Shown here: positions 39,501 through 50,587 of the stretch, in pieces | Layout: every line of letters starts with the position of its first letter | How positions within the stretch are numbered: position 1 is the first letter of the stretch | Origin: Balanoglossus misakiensis | Lineage: Eukaryota; Animalia; Hemichordata | Reading direction: 5' to 3' | DNA length: 64,000 nucleotides | Assembly: GCA_040954595.2 (NCBI GenBank) | Contig: CM082581.2 | Coordinates: 984,699-1,048,698 of the forward strand | Program-made: the position numbers and the translations under genes | The notes under the pieces: model-generated | The model's database searches: none | The model's input: the letters and a program-made list of their open reading frames with translations, nothing else | Told to the model about the DNA's origin: nothing

Positions 39501-41110
39501 ACCGACAAGTCATTGTGTAACCTGTTTACTTGCCAATAGTCAAACGTCAAAATTTACTCTCAACTTGGTTGCAGATCGAGTCTCCCGAATTTCCAACTTT
39601 TATGATTGGGTAAATACCGATATGCGACTGGTATGCGACGCGTTGACGACGCGAAGATTTTGTTGAAATCAAATGGTTTGTCAAATGTCATCTCACAGTG
39701 GAGATACCGTGGTCATCTGACATGAAAGGGTTCGATTGGGTCTGACCGCCGTCGTTCATCCATGCTTAGAAAGCGGCGATCATGGTACAATGTAAAACCA
39801 AGGTCAAACCTTACTGAACACATGTATTGCATGGAGAAACTTTTCTCCCTGTCTGTGTACTGAACACGTACCGTGATTGCCATAGTTACAAACGTTACCA
39901 CGTGAGAGAGAGTGCATTTTACATCTGTCTTTTCAATTTTGTTGCTTTCTTACTATTCGGAATGATGGAGTCGAAACGAAAACTTTTTGCTTCAGGTGGA
40001 CCTAGGGGAAATACCTTATTTGTGACTTTTTTCATGACCCTAAAAAGACGTCGGAATTAATGTGGCTGAGGTCACTCAGGACGACGGAATGGTTGAGCGA
40101 TTTTATTTTATGAGCTCCCACTAGTATTTGTTTTATTGTTTCGGCAGTGTGTCGCGTTATTCGAGCAATCTGCAGTCTGAAAACGAACGGTTTTCAAAGT
40201 TTATAACAGAAGAACAGGGGTTTAAGCATGAAAGGTCCTGTTGTCTCCCTCGCTGTGTTTGTGTCACTGTGTCTTTGACGTCTGACTGACTGATTAACTG
40301 GCTGACTGACTTACTGACTGTCTGTCAACGTCGGTCTGTCTGACTGTCTGCCCCGTCTCTCTGAGAGAGAGAGTGAGCGAGCGAGCGAGCGAGCGACCGA
40401 TGAGTGTCTCTACTGATGAATGTTGCTCTGTCTGTCTGCTTGTGTCTGTCTGCCACTCTGCCTGTTTCACTCTGTCTCTCCTAATTTCTTTAAATTTAGG
40501 GATATGCTATTAATGCGATATGAAAGTCAGACACGACGGAAACCTTTTATTCTCAAAACTGTCTGTTGTTTGCTGTTAAATATTGCAAAAGGTTAAGGGC
40601 CCTTTTCGCACGAGACACATGGCTTTGCAGCCGTAGCTCCCAATGTCATAACGATTACCCGAACTACCCTAATTTTAGCCCGCCGACCCAAAACAGTTTA
40701 GATCTTCGTTAACCGGAAGTAAAAATAACGATGTCAAATATACAACAATTCATGAAAATTGCGAGAATCACGCAAGAACTATGATGTCATTCTTCTACAC
40801 TACGACGGCCAAAGATATAAAAAAATTGAAAAATAAAAAAATGTCCCTTTCTACCTACCCTATTTTTGAAAACCATGTAATCGGAATAGCACATATTAGT
40901 TTTTTTGGCCTGAGACATATCCAATTTCCCAACTGAACATGACACGTGATCAAGCATTTTCGACTTATCAGATGCAATCGCTGAACACCTCACACTAAGC
41001 GAGGTTTTGTCTGTCTTTATACGCGCCCTTTGTATTTGTGCGTGACATGTCCAAGCCTTGTTAGGATCTCCCATAAAATTCTACTCAATGATGTATACTT
41101 TCATACTTAC

Positions 41111-41192
41111 GACTGACAGGTATTTTCAGCGTTGCCAGCTGATTGTTTGTCAGGTACCGCTTTATAACAAGACGCCCCTCTGAGTTGATAAC
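41111..41192 (-). CDS. uif-like exon: C-type lectin part (GYQLRGASCYKAVPDKQSAGNAENTCQS)
   Basis: ttgcag| acceptor, |gtaagt donor, phase 1-2. Confidence 0.8.
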
Positions 41193-41892
41193 CTGCAATG
41201 TAACATCATTCAATTGGTCTAGTCATGTTAGCATTAGTAAAATGCTTCAAAAGTGTTAAAGGGACATGATACAAGACACCGTTTATGTTAGTGAATGAAC
41301 GTTCAACCACACACAACTTCCATCCCGCTTGTATGATACGAGAGTAAAAACCCGCCCGAAATGAATAAATGGTAGAGACCGTTTATTCATTTTGGCGACT
41401 TTTTAAAACTCTCGTGTCTATACAAGCGGAGTGGAAGGTGTGTATGGTTGAACGTTGATTCACTATATCCACATGTAGAATAATATAAACGCAGTCTTGT
41501 ATCAAACATAATTAATGGAAAAAGGGCAGCGAGAGAGAGACTTTGTCCCTTTAATGAATACAGCCACAATGTTCTGTTTATATCTACTGACGGACCAGGC
41601 ATGGATTGTCACGTATAATTCTTTGAAACGTTTGGTCCTCTGAAGAAATCTGAGCACTCATCTACTCAGTTTGCTTATTTTGTCTTCCTCCACCAGTCAG
41701 TGGTATCGTCCGATTTGATACTCCACTCTAAGCCTCTTTCTGAATGGCTATTTAAGTTGTGATCTGTAAGTCTTAAACCTTTCATCACCCCCCCCCCCCC
41801 CGTTTCCTCTTTAGAGGTCCAACATTACCATAGAAAACAATTGGTTTTGACTGAACCATGTTGGTGAAAGGGCTAGGGTCAATTCAACTTAC

Positions 41893-41950
41893 CTTCTGGA
41901 CATTCATATTTCACAAAGGGTGTTCCAAACAGTGCTCCAAGATCCAATTG
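41893..41950 (-). CDS. uif-like exon: linker and start of C-type lectin (QLDLGALFGTPFVKYECPE-G)
   Basis: cag| acceptor, g|gtaagt donor, phase 0-1, joins in frame to the next exon. Confidence 0.7.
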
Positions 41951-43974
41951 CTGTTACAAATAAACAATAAGTTAGCTGCCAGTACACTCAATGATGTACG
42001 CGCAGAACGTCAACTGGTAAACAGTGCGCCTGTGTCTCTTCCCATAGGAGTACATGGAGAATAGTTAGAAAACTCCCTTCTATTATTGTCATTTTCAGGA
42101 AATTTTACACATAGCTCCGACAAATCAAAATAAATTCACCACGGTCTATTTTGAGATAAACTTTGTTCAATATTGTATCCATAGGCAAACCATTGGTAGA
42201 AAATGCTGACCGTCAGCAGTTTTCTTCAATTATCGACTAAATTCACGGCCTTGTTTAAAGTCGAAAACAAGTGCAGTGACCCAAAATGGATTTTCATTAT
42301 ACATACAAATCAGAAACGAAAATCCACGATTAAAAGAAATGACAATACAAAACACCGTTTATGTTAATGTAAATGTGGATATATAGTGATGCAACGTTCA
42401 ACCGCACACACCTTCCATCCCGCATGTAGACACGAGAGCGAAAACTCGCCAAACTGAAAAATCGGTCTCTACCATTTATTCATTTTGGGCGAGTTTTTAC
42501 TCTCATATCATACAAGCAGGATGGAAGTTGTGTGTGGTTGAACGTTCATTCACTACATATACACATGCCCATTAATATAAACGGTGTCTTGTATCAAACA
42601 TTATTAATAGAAAAGGGCGACGGGAGAGAGAGTTTGCCCCTTTAAGGCGACATGATGCATGAAGTGGCGAGAGATAAACGCGACTGACCACCGCATTAAA
42701 CACTGTCAAGCAAGGCACTTCAAATGCCAATTGTTTAAGTGTGTACTAAGTAATAGCTTCATGTACCATGTCCTGGGGGGGGGGGGGGAGGGGTCAAATC
42801 ACAACAGTTGGACATGTACGAATATGAAGAGACGATATCAGTTTTTTCATGTCTTCCTTTAGTAAACAATCTTTTTTGAACTTTGTATAGAATTCATTGA
42901 ACTTTACTTTAGCTTATGAACTCTCATTTGCACATCGTCATCTTGAAATTGTGTCGACTTTATCATAAGGTTTTTATAACTCAACTAGGTCGCAAAACCT
43001 ATTTAAGTTAGTGAGAATAGGACGTTCACCTTTTGGGTTGATGGCTACAGACATTAATCCTGACTCATACACATGTTGCAGCCAGTATACTCTGCAGACA
43101 TTGGACACAATAGTTTTACTAACCATTGGATTTTATTGGACCATCAAGTTTATTGACCCATGACGTTCATATAGATTGTATGACACGACTGACGCTATAA
43201 TCGGTCCATACCTTCGGCGAGCCAAGTGTTTTATAACATCATAAGATATTAATACCTATCACCCAGTCAAACGATTTCAAGTTATAAAATTTCCACGCCA
43301 ATAGGACGCCTTTAGGTGGAAATGCAACCAGGTATCCTGAATAGGAAAATATTCCGGGTATCTGTCAAGTTTAGTCCCATATTTAGGGGACCAAGAGCCC
43401 TCAGGCGCTTGGTCCCCTTCTGTTATTGCTGGAGTTTGTCTTCTTTCTTCTTGAGTCGTTTTTTTGCGCCCGTTTTTCTCTGAAATTCCGGCAGGTGCGC
43501 CTTCCAAATTTGGCACGGTGGTTGGGGCCCATAGTACTGGTGCACCAGCCCTTTGAATTTGTAATTAGTCACGTGACTTTGTTGCTATAATCGAGCGAAA
43601 TTTTCAAATTGACCTAATTTGCACGTTAATGGGGCATGTACATTCTTTTCGCGATTTTTGTAGACCATGTGGCCAAAATCCCCTGTGCCAAATTTCAAGG
43701 TCCTAGGCCACGTCGATTTTGAGAAGAAGATTTTTGTAATATTTTTTCGCTTTTTTTGGTGGGCTGAGGACGGACACTGGGGCATCGGACTTTGACCGTC
43801 ATTACGTTATGTTGTGGAGATCTCATTAGCAGGCTACTCACTTCTGGCGGGTTGCAGTAGTCCTTGGAAAATCGGCTGAAATACGTAAACAGACCAGTGA
43901 TTATTTTCCACGGAATGAATTTTGGGACAACACATTATCGGAGTTCAGGCTGTGTTAGGGCGTTTTATTGAATT

Positions 43975-46900
43975 ACGCTGAGTTTGGATTGACTACTGTG
44001 TTACCACTGAAATTTCTCATAGCAATGTTCTTTCAATTTCGAGTCTTTGCAATGTTGTTGACTCCGACCATATTCCTGTTTCAATAGAGGTTCATTTCAA
44101 CACTTCTGCTGATGAAAGCTTCAGCAGTAGTTCCTTCAAGCAATGTAATTTTCGAGTTGATTGGAAAAAATTGTCACAGCAGAATATATCCGCCTACACC
44201 GGTTGTACCAAAGCCAAGATTGATAAGATTAATTTATCCGAAGAGTTATTCTGCACTAATGTGAACTGTACAGACCCTTCGCATTTACAGGCAATTGATA
44301 CTTGTTATAGTAGTATTGTGGACGCATTGAATTGTGCTGCAAAAGATACCATTAGACGTAAGTTTCACCAGAAAGTTCATGTTGTGCCTGGCTGGAACGA
44401 TTTTGTAAAAGAAAGTCACGACTATGCCCGTTCCATGTTTTTATTATGGGTTAATGTGGGTTAACCTAAACAAGGCCCGCTTTTTGAAACCATGAAATTT
44501 TCCAGAGCTCGTTTTTAGTATGCTTTACGTGCTTGTAAAAAGATTGAGAATCAAAATAGGGCTGACAAGATGGCTGATAATTTACGCTGCCACAAACAGA
44601 ACGACTTCTGGGAGGAAGTCAGAAAGCAAACTAGCAGAAAAACGCCGCTTTCTGACACTGTAGGTGGAGCGACTGGTGAGAGTGAAATTGCAATTATGTG
44701 GCACAAGCATTTCAGTGATATTTGGAATTCTGTCCAGGCTCAGACTGGTAAAAATGACATCGAGGAGAAAATGAAGTATGTTAAATTTTCTTCTGATATG
44801 TATGTTTCTGAAGACGAAGTAATTTCTGCTATACATAAGTTACCTGATGGTAAGACAGCTGGCATTGACAATATTTTAGCTGAGCACCTCAAATTCTCAG
44901 ACTCCTCTATTTTACCCTTTTTGACTTGTTGTATTAATGCAATGATTGTTCATGGTTACCTGCCAACTGAGGCTATCAATGTTAATTTAGTTCCAATTAT
45001 TAAGGATAAAACTAAGCTTTGTAGTGATGCCAGTAACTACCGGCCGATAGCACTAGCAACTGTTTTCTCTAAAGTTTTTGAGCATATTTTACTTTCTCGT
45101 TGTGAGGAGTTTCTTACCTCTCATTATTTACAATTTGGTTTCAAGCGAGAACATTCAACTGACCTGTGTTTATTTGCATTTAAAGAAATCATTAGCTACT
45201 ACACCAGCAATGGAAGACCAGTGTTTACTTGTTTTCTGGATGCTTCAAAAGCTTTTGACAGAGTTAATCACTTTAAACTGGTTATAATTAACAAGCACAT
45301 CGACAGGAATGTTCCCTTGTATGCTGTACGAATTTTATATTAATGGTACAGAAATCAATTGTTTACTGTGTTGTGGGGTAATGAAACCTCAGAGTTGTTT
45401 TCTGTTTCTAACGGTGTAAGACAAGGGGGGGGTACTCTCTCCCTATCTTTTTAATGTCTACATTGATGATATTATCAATGCACTCTGTAAAGCCAAAGTT
45501 AGCTGTACCATGTGTGGTGTCAGCGCTAACACTTTAGGTTACGCTGACGACATGACTCTACTCAGTCCAAGTATTAAGGGTCTACGCCGTCTTCTTAGAA
45601 TTTGTGAAATTTACGGCAAGGATTATGATATCATTTATAATTCTAGTAAAACTGTGTGCATGCTTTTTAATGGGAAGAATATGAGCGTTCAAAGAATTCC
45701 TTCGGTTAAACTTAATGACATCACTTTAAAGTTTGTACCTGTACACACCTATCTGGGCCATGTTATATCTTGTGATGGTTGTGATAATGAAGATATTGAA
45801 CGACAGAGAAGAGCATTTTGTGTAAGAGCAAACATGCTATTGAGACATTTTCAACATTGTAGTCAAGATGTGAAGAAAGTTTTATTTTTGGCATATTGTA
45901 GTAATATTTACTGTTGCAGTTTGTGGGCATCCTTTAAAGTTAAACCGATGAAAAAATTTAAAACTATGTACAATAATGTTTGCAGAAGATTTCTCGGTCT
46001 TCCGCCATTTTGCTGTGCATCGGGTATGTTTGCTACAAACCATGTACATGTATTGTCACTTGGTGAAGTTTTTAGACGCAATATGTACAGTTTTAAGATG
46101 GGTCCCTGGGATCTTTTTGCTCGTTGCTGTGGGCCTTTATAGGACATTACACCCCGATTTGGACTAAGCCGTTTTCAGAGTCTAACAAGGGGCTGGTAAC
46201 TAGTTGAAAATCTGCACGATTATGTGCACACCCCCTGTCCGAGTATGTTTACGGCAGCTACCACCCGGCCATAGGCCGCCACGCTAATACGGCAAAGCAG
46301 CGGTCAGCGATAGCGTGCGCGTCCTGTAACCACAGTAACTGGATCGAACGCTAAAAATCCAATGTTTTGTACACAGAGATTTTGTACCGTTCACGAAAAT
46401 CCCTAAGGCTTTTTTCATAGGCCACGTACGCCAGTCAAATTTGACCTGCTTGTTGAGAACGCACTTCCGCACAGTGTGACGGATCGTTTTTTCGGTTTTC
46501 GTCGTGCTAAGAAGCGATACCGGTGGAAGAGTGCGTCCAAAAACACCCAAAATCGATGACTTTTTCAGGTGTGGTACGGGTATGCTGAAATCTTAGGATA
46601 CAACGATAATATTCGAAAACAAAATCCGTCACGATCTTCCCTGGTTCAAGCAACTAATGAATACGTATCAAGTTCGTTTTTGAGGTCACGGAATAAAAAG
46701 CCTTAGGCTTTTGAAATTTGACCTAGCTAATTTTCATATCAATGGCGTCAGGGGGCGCGCGCTCACAATCGTGCAGATTTTCAACTAGTTACCAGCCCCT
46801 TGTTAGACTCTGAAAACGGCTTAGTCCAAATCGGGGTGTAATGTCCTATAAAGGCCCATAGCAACGAGCAAAAAGATCCCAGGGACCCATCTTAAGCGTA

Positions 46901-47118
46901 GACTCGAAAATTCTTCTAATGTTTTACTTGATGCGATCTGTTCATCAGATAGAGCGACTGACAGCATATTTTTCAAACATTGGCGAAAGCAATTGTATAT
47001 CATGTAAGTTTTTTTTTGTGTGTGTCTCAGTGTCAGATTATTATTATTGTTTTTTTTTCTTCTCTCTTTTGGGTATATGGACTTTTTTTAAAGTCTGAAA
47101 TAAAGAATTGTTATTATT
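43975..47118 (+). mobile_element. 5'-truncated, disabled APE-type non-LTR retrotransposon (possibly Proto2-like), copy 1
   Basis: Endonuclease C-terminal motifs (WIDYC, SDHIP), RT motifs (NYRPIAL, QFGFK, FLDASKAFD, GVRQGG, YADD, YLG), 3' end gtctgaaataaag..ttattatt. Stops at 44462, 44516, 45341 and a G-run frameshift at ~45430. Clade not determined. Confidence 0.9.
46097..46891. mobile_element. 795-bp TTAA-specific MITE with 125-bp TIRs (Kolobok-like) nested in the LINE ORF; repeated at 49204-49998, 52311-53105, 55419-56213
   Basis: TTAA at 46093-46096 and 46892-46895; TIRs 46097-46221 and 46767-46891 differ at 1 base. Removing it restores the reading frame MYSFK|RRLENSSNVLLDAICSSD...HWRKQLYIM*. 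Confidence 0.92.
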
Positions 47119-47480
47119 TGTTAGCTGTTGCCATTCAAATGTGTCTACGCAAACCCGGCTACACTGGCAGTGGGCTTTGACTCTAAGTCGCTAATGTTGT
47201 GGGAGGTTTCATTAGCATTGTAGTCACATGTAGTGGATAGTAGTTTGGGAAATTGCCTGAAATACGTCAGCAGACCAGTGATTTTCTTGCACGAAGGGAG
47301 TTTGGTACCAGCAATAATCAGAGATCAGGCTTCGTTGCCGTTCAAAAGTTCCTACTTCAGTCGTGATGTTGCAACTGGACGTTCAGTATGGGGGTCGGCC
47401 CGCAGGTGGCCGTGTGGGTTATCAGGTCGCCCGTAACGGCACGCAGCTACATGCAGCTGTATGGGACCAAAATAATACAC

Positions 47481-50225
47481 AAGTTCATGTTGTGCCTGGC
47501 TGGAACGATTTTGTAAAAGAAAGTCACGACTATGCCCGTTCCATGTTTTTATTATGGGTTAATGTGGGTTAACCTAAACAAGGCCCGCTTTTTGAAACCA
47601 TGAAATTTTCCAGAGCTCGTTTTTAGTATGCTTTACGTGCTTGTAAAAAGATTGAGAATCAAAATAGGGCTGACAAGATGGCTGATAATTTACGCTGCCA
47701 CAAACAGAACGACTTCTGGGAGGAAGTCAGAAAGCAAACTAGCAGAAAAACGCCGCTTTCTGACACTGTAGGTGGAGCGACTGGTGAGAGTGAAATTGCA
47801 ATTATGTGGCACAAGCATTTCAGTGATATTTTGAATTCTGTCCAGGCTCAGACTGGTAAAAATGACATCGAGGAGAAAATGAAGTATGTTAAATTTTCTT
47901 CTGATATGTATGTTTCTGAAGACGAAGTAATTTCTGCTATACATAAGTTACCTGATGGTAAGACAGCTGGCATTGACAATATTTTAGCTGAGCACCTCAA
48001 ATTCTCAGACTCCTCTATTTTACCCTTTTTGACTTGTTGTATTAATGCAATGATTGTTCATGGTTACCTGCCAACTGAGGCTATCAATGTTAATTTAGTT
48101 CCAATTATTAAGGATAAAACTAAGCTTTGTAGTGATGCCAGTAACTACCGGCCGATAGCACTAGCAACTGTTTTCTCTAAAGTTTTTGAGCATATTTTAC
48201 TTTCTCGTTATGAGGAGTTTCTTACCTCTCATTATTTACAATTTGGTTTCAAGCGAGAACATTCAACTGACCTGTGTTTATTTGCATTTAAAGAAATCAT
48301 TAGCTACTACACCAGCAATGGAAGACCAGTGTTTACTTGTTTTCTGGATGCTTCAAAAGCTTTTGACAGAGTTAATCACTTTAAACTGGTTATAATTAAC
48401 AAGCACATCGACAGGAATGTTCCCTTGTATGCTGTACGAATTTTATATTAATGGTACAGAAATCAATTGTTTACTGTGTTGTGAGGTAATGAAACCTCAG
48501 AGTTGTTTTCTGTTTCTAACGGTGTAAGACAAGGGGGGGTACTCTCTCCCTATCTTTTTAATGTCTACATTGATGATATTATCAATGCACTCTGTAAAGC
48601 CAAAGTTAGCTGTACCATGTGTGGTGTCAGCGCTAACACTTTAGGTTACGCTGACGACATGACTCTACTCAGTCCAAGTATTAAGGGTCTACGCCGTCTT
48701 CTTAGAATTTGTGAAATTTACGGCAAGGATTATGATATCATTTATAATTCTAGTAAAACTGTGTGCATGCTTTTTAATGGGAAGAATATGAGCGTTCAAA
48801 GAATTCCTTCGATTAAACTTAATGACATCACTTTAAAGTTTGTACCTGTACACACCTATCTGGGCCATGTTATATCTTGTGATGGTTGTGATAATGAAGA
48901 TATTGAACGACAGAGAAGAGCATTTTGTGTAAGAGCAAACATGCTATTGAGACATTTTCAACATTGTAGTCAAGATGTGAAGAAAGTTTTATTTTTGGCA
49001 TATTGTAGTAATATTTACTGTTGCAGTTTGTGGGCATCCTTTAAAGTTAAACCGATGAAAAAATTTAAAACTATGTACAATAATGTTTGCAGAAGATTTC
49101 TCGGTCTTCCGCCATTTTGCTGTGCATCGGGTATGTTTGCTACAAACCATGTACATGTATTGTCACTTGGTGAAGTTTTTAGACGCAATATGTACAGTTT
49201 TAAGATGGGTCCCTGGGATCTTTTTGCTCGTTGCTGTGGGCCTTTATAGGACATTACACCCCGATTTGGACTAAGCCGTTTTCAGAGTCTAACAAGGGGC
49301 TGGTAACTAGTTGAAAATCTGCACGATTATGTGCACACCCCCTGTCCGAGTATGTTTACGGCAGCTACCACCCGGCCATAGGCCGCCACGCTAATACGGC
49401 AAAGCAGCGGTCAGCGATAGCGTGCGCGTCCTGTAACCACAGTAACTGGATCGAACGCTAAAAATCCAATGTTTTGTACACAGAGATTTTGTACCGTTCA
49501 CGAAAATCCCTAAGGCTTTTTTCATAGGCCACGTACGCCAGTCAAATTTGACCTGCTTGTTGAGAACGCACTTCCGCACAGTGTGACGGATCGTTTTTTC
49601 GGTTTTCGTCGTGCTAAGAAGCGATACCGGTGGAAGAGTGCGTCCAAAAACACCCAAAATCGATGACTTTTTCAGGTGTGGTACGGGTATGCTGAAATCT
49701 TAGGATACAACGATAATATTCGAAAACAAAATCCGTCACGATCTTCCCTGGTTCAAGCAACTAATGAATACGTATCAAGTTCGTTTTTGAGGTCACGGAA
49801 TAAAAAGCCTTAGGCTTTTGAAATTTGACCTAGCTAATTTTCATATCAATGGCGTCAGGGGGCGCGCGCTCACAATCGTGCAGATTTTCAACTAGTTACC
49901 AGCCCCTTGTTAGACTCTGAAAACGGCTTAGTCCAAATCGGGGTGTAATGTCCTATAAAGGCCCATAGCAACGAGCAAAAAGATCCCAGGGACCCATCTT
50001 AAGCGTAGACTCGAAAATTCTTCTAATGTTTTACTTGATGCGATCTGTTCATCAGATAGAGCGACTGACAGCATATTTTTCAAACATTGGCGAAAGCAAT
50101 TGTATATCATGTAAGTTTTTTTTTGTGTGTGTCTCAGTGTCAGATTATTATTATTGTTTTTTTTTCTTCTCTCTTTTGGGTATATGGACTTTTTTTAAAG
50201 TCTGAAATAAAGAATTGTTATTATT
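47481..50225 (+). mobile_element. Non-LTR retrotransposon RT fragment, tandem copy 2
   Basis: ORFs 47678-48451 and 48503-49249 carry RT motifs; shares stops with copy 1. Confidence 0.9.
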
Positions 50226-50587
50226 TGTTAGCTGTTGCCATTCAAATGTGTCTACGCAAACCCGGCTACACTGGCAGTGGGCTTTGACTCTAAGTCGCTA
50301 ATGTTGTGGGAGGTTTCATTAGCATTGTAGTCACATGTAGTGGATAGTAGTTTGGGAAATTGCCTGAAATACGTCAGCAGACCAGTGATTTTCTTGCACG
50401 AAGGGAGTTTGGTACCAGCAATAATCAGAGATCAGGCTTCGTTGCCGTTCAAAAGTTCCTACTTCAGTCGTGATGTTGCAACTGGACGTTCAGTATGGGG
50501 GTCGGCCCGCAGGTGGCCGTGTGGGTTATCAGGTCGCCCGTAACGGCACGCAGCTACATGCAGCTGTATGGGACCAAAATAATACAC

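Larger units (their letters stand above)
22509..41950 (-). pseudogene. uif: Uninflatable (uif)-like multidomain receptor gene, N-terminal part (CLECT-CUBx3-Sushix4-EGFx2), disabled and 3'-truncated
   Basis: 16 exons, mostly with GT-AG sites and compatible phases, in uif domain order. Peptides I recall as uif-like: CPEGYQLRGASCYK, CGGPPECSNGILTNVTSTVYGGIAYYQC, LLYANNGTGGFYLPPGETG...FNQSCV. Lesions: TGA at 30050-30052, acceptor CG at 29248-29249, frameshift ~25670, no in-phase donor ~31975, no LDLa exon found. Confidence 0.8.

Noticed and set aside
36050-40920. Short ORFs in the large intron as a nested gene or transposase
   Set aside because: No recognisable domain in any listed ORF; the region looks like non-autonomous repeat debris.
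43020-43345. Candidate first (signal-peptide) exon of the uif-like gene
   Set aside because: Splice-like sites exist, but no frame gave a convincing ATG plus hydrophobic signal with a phase-0 donor.
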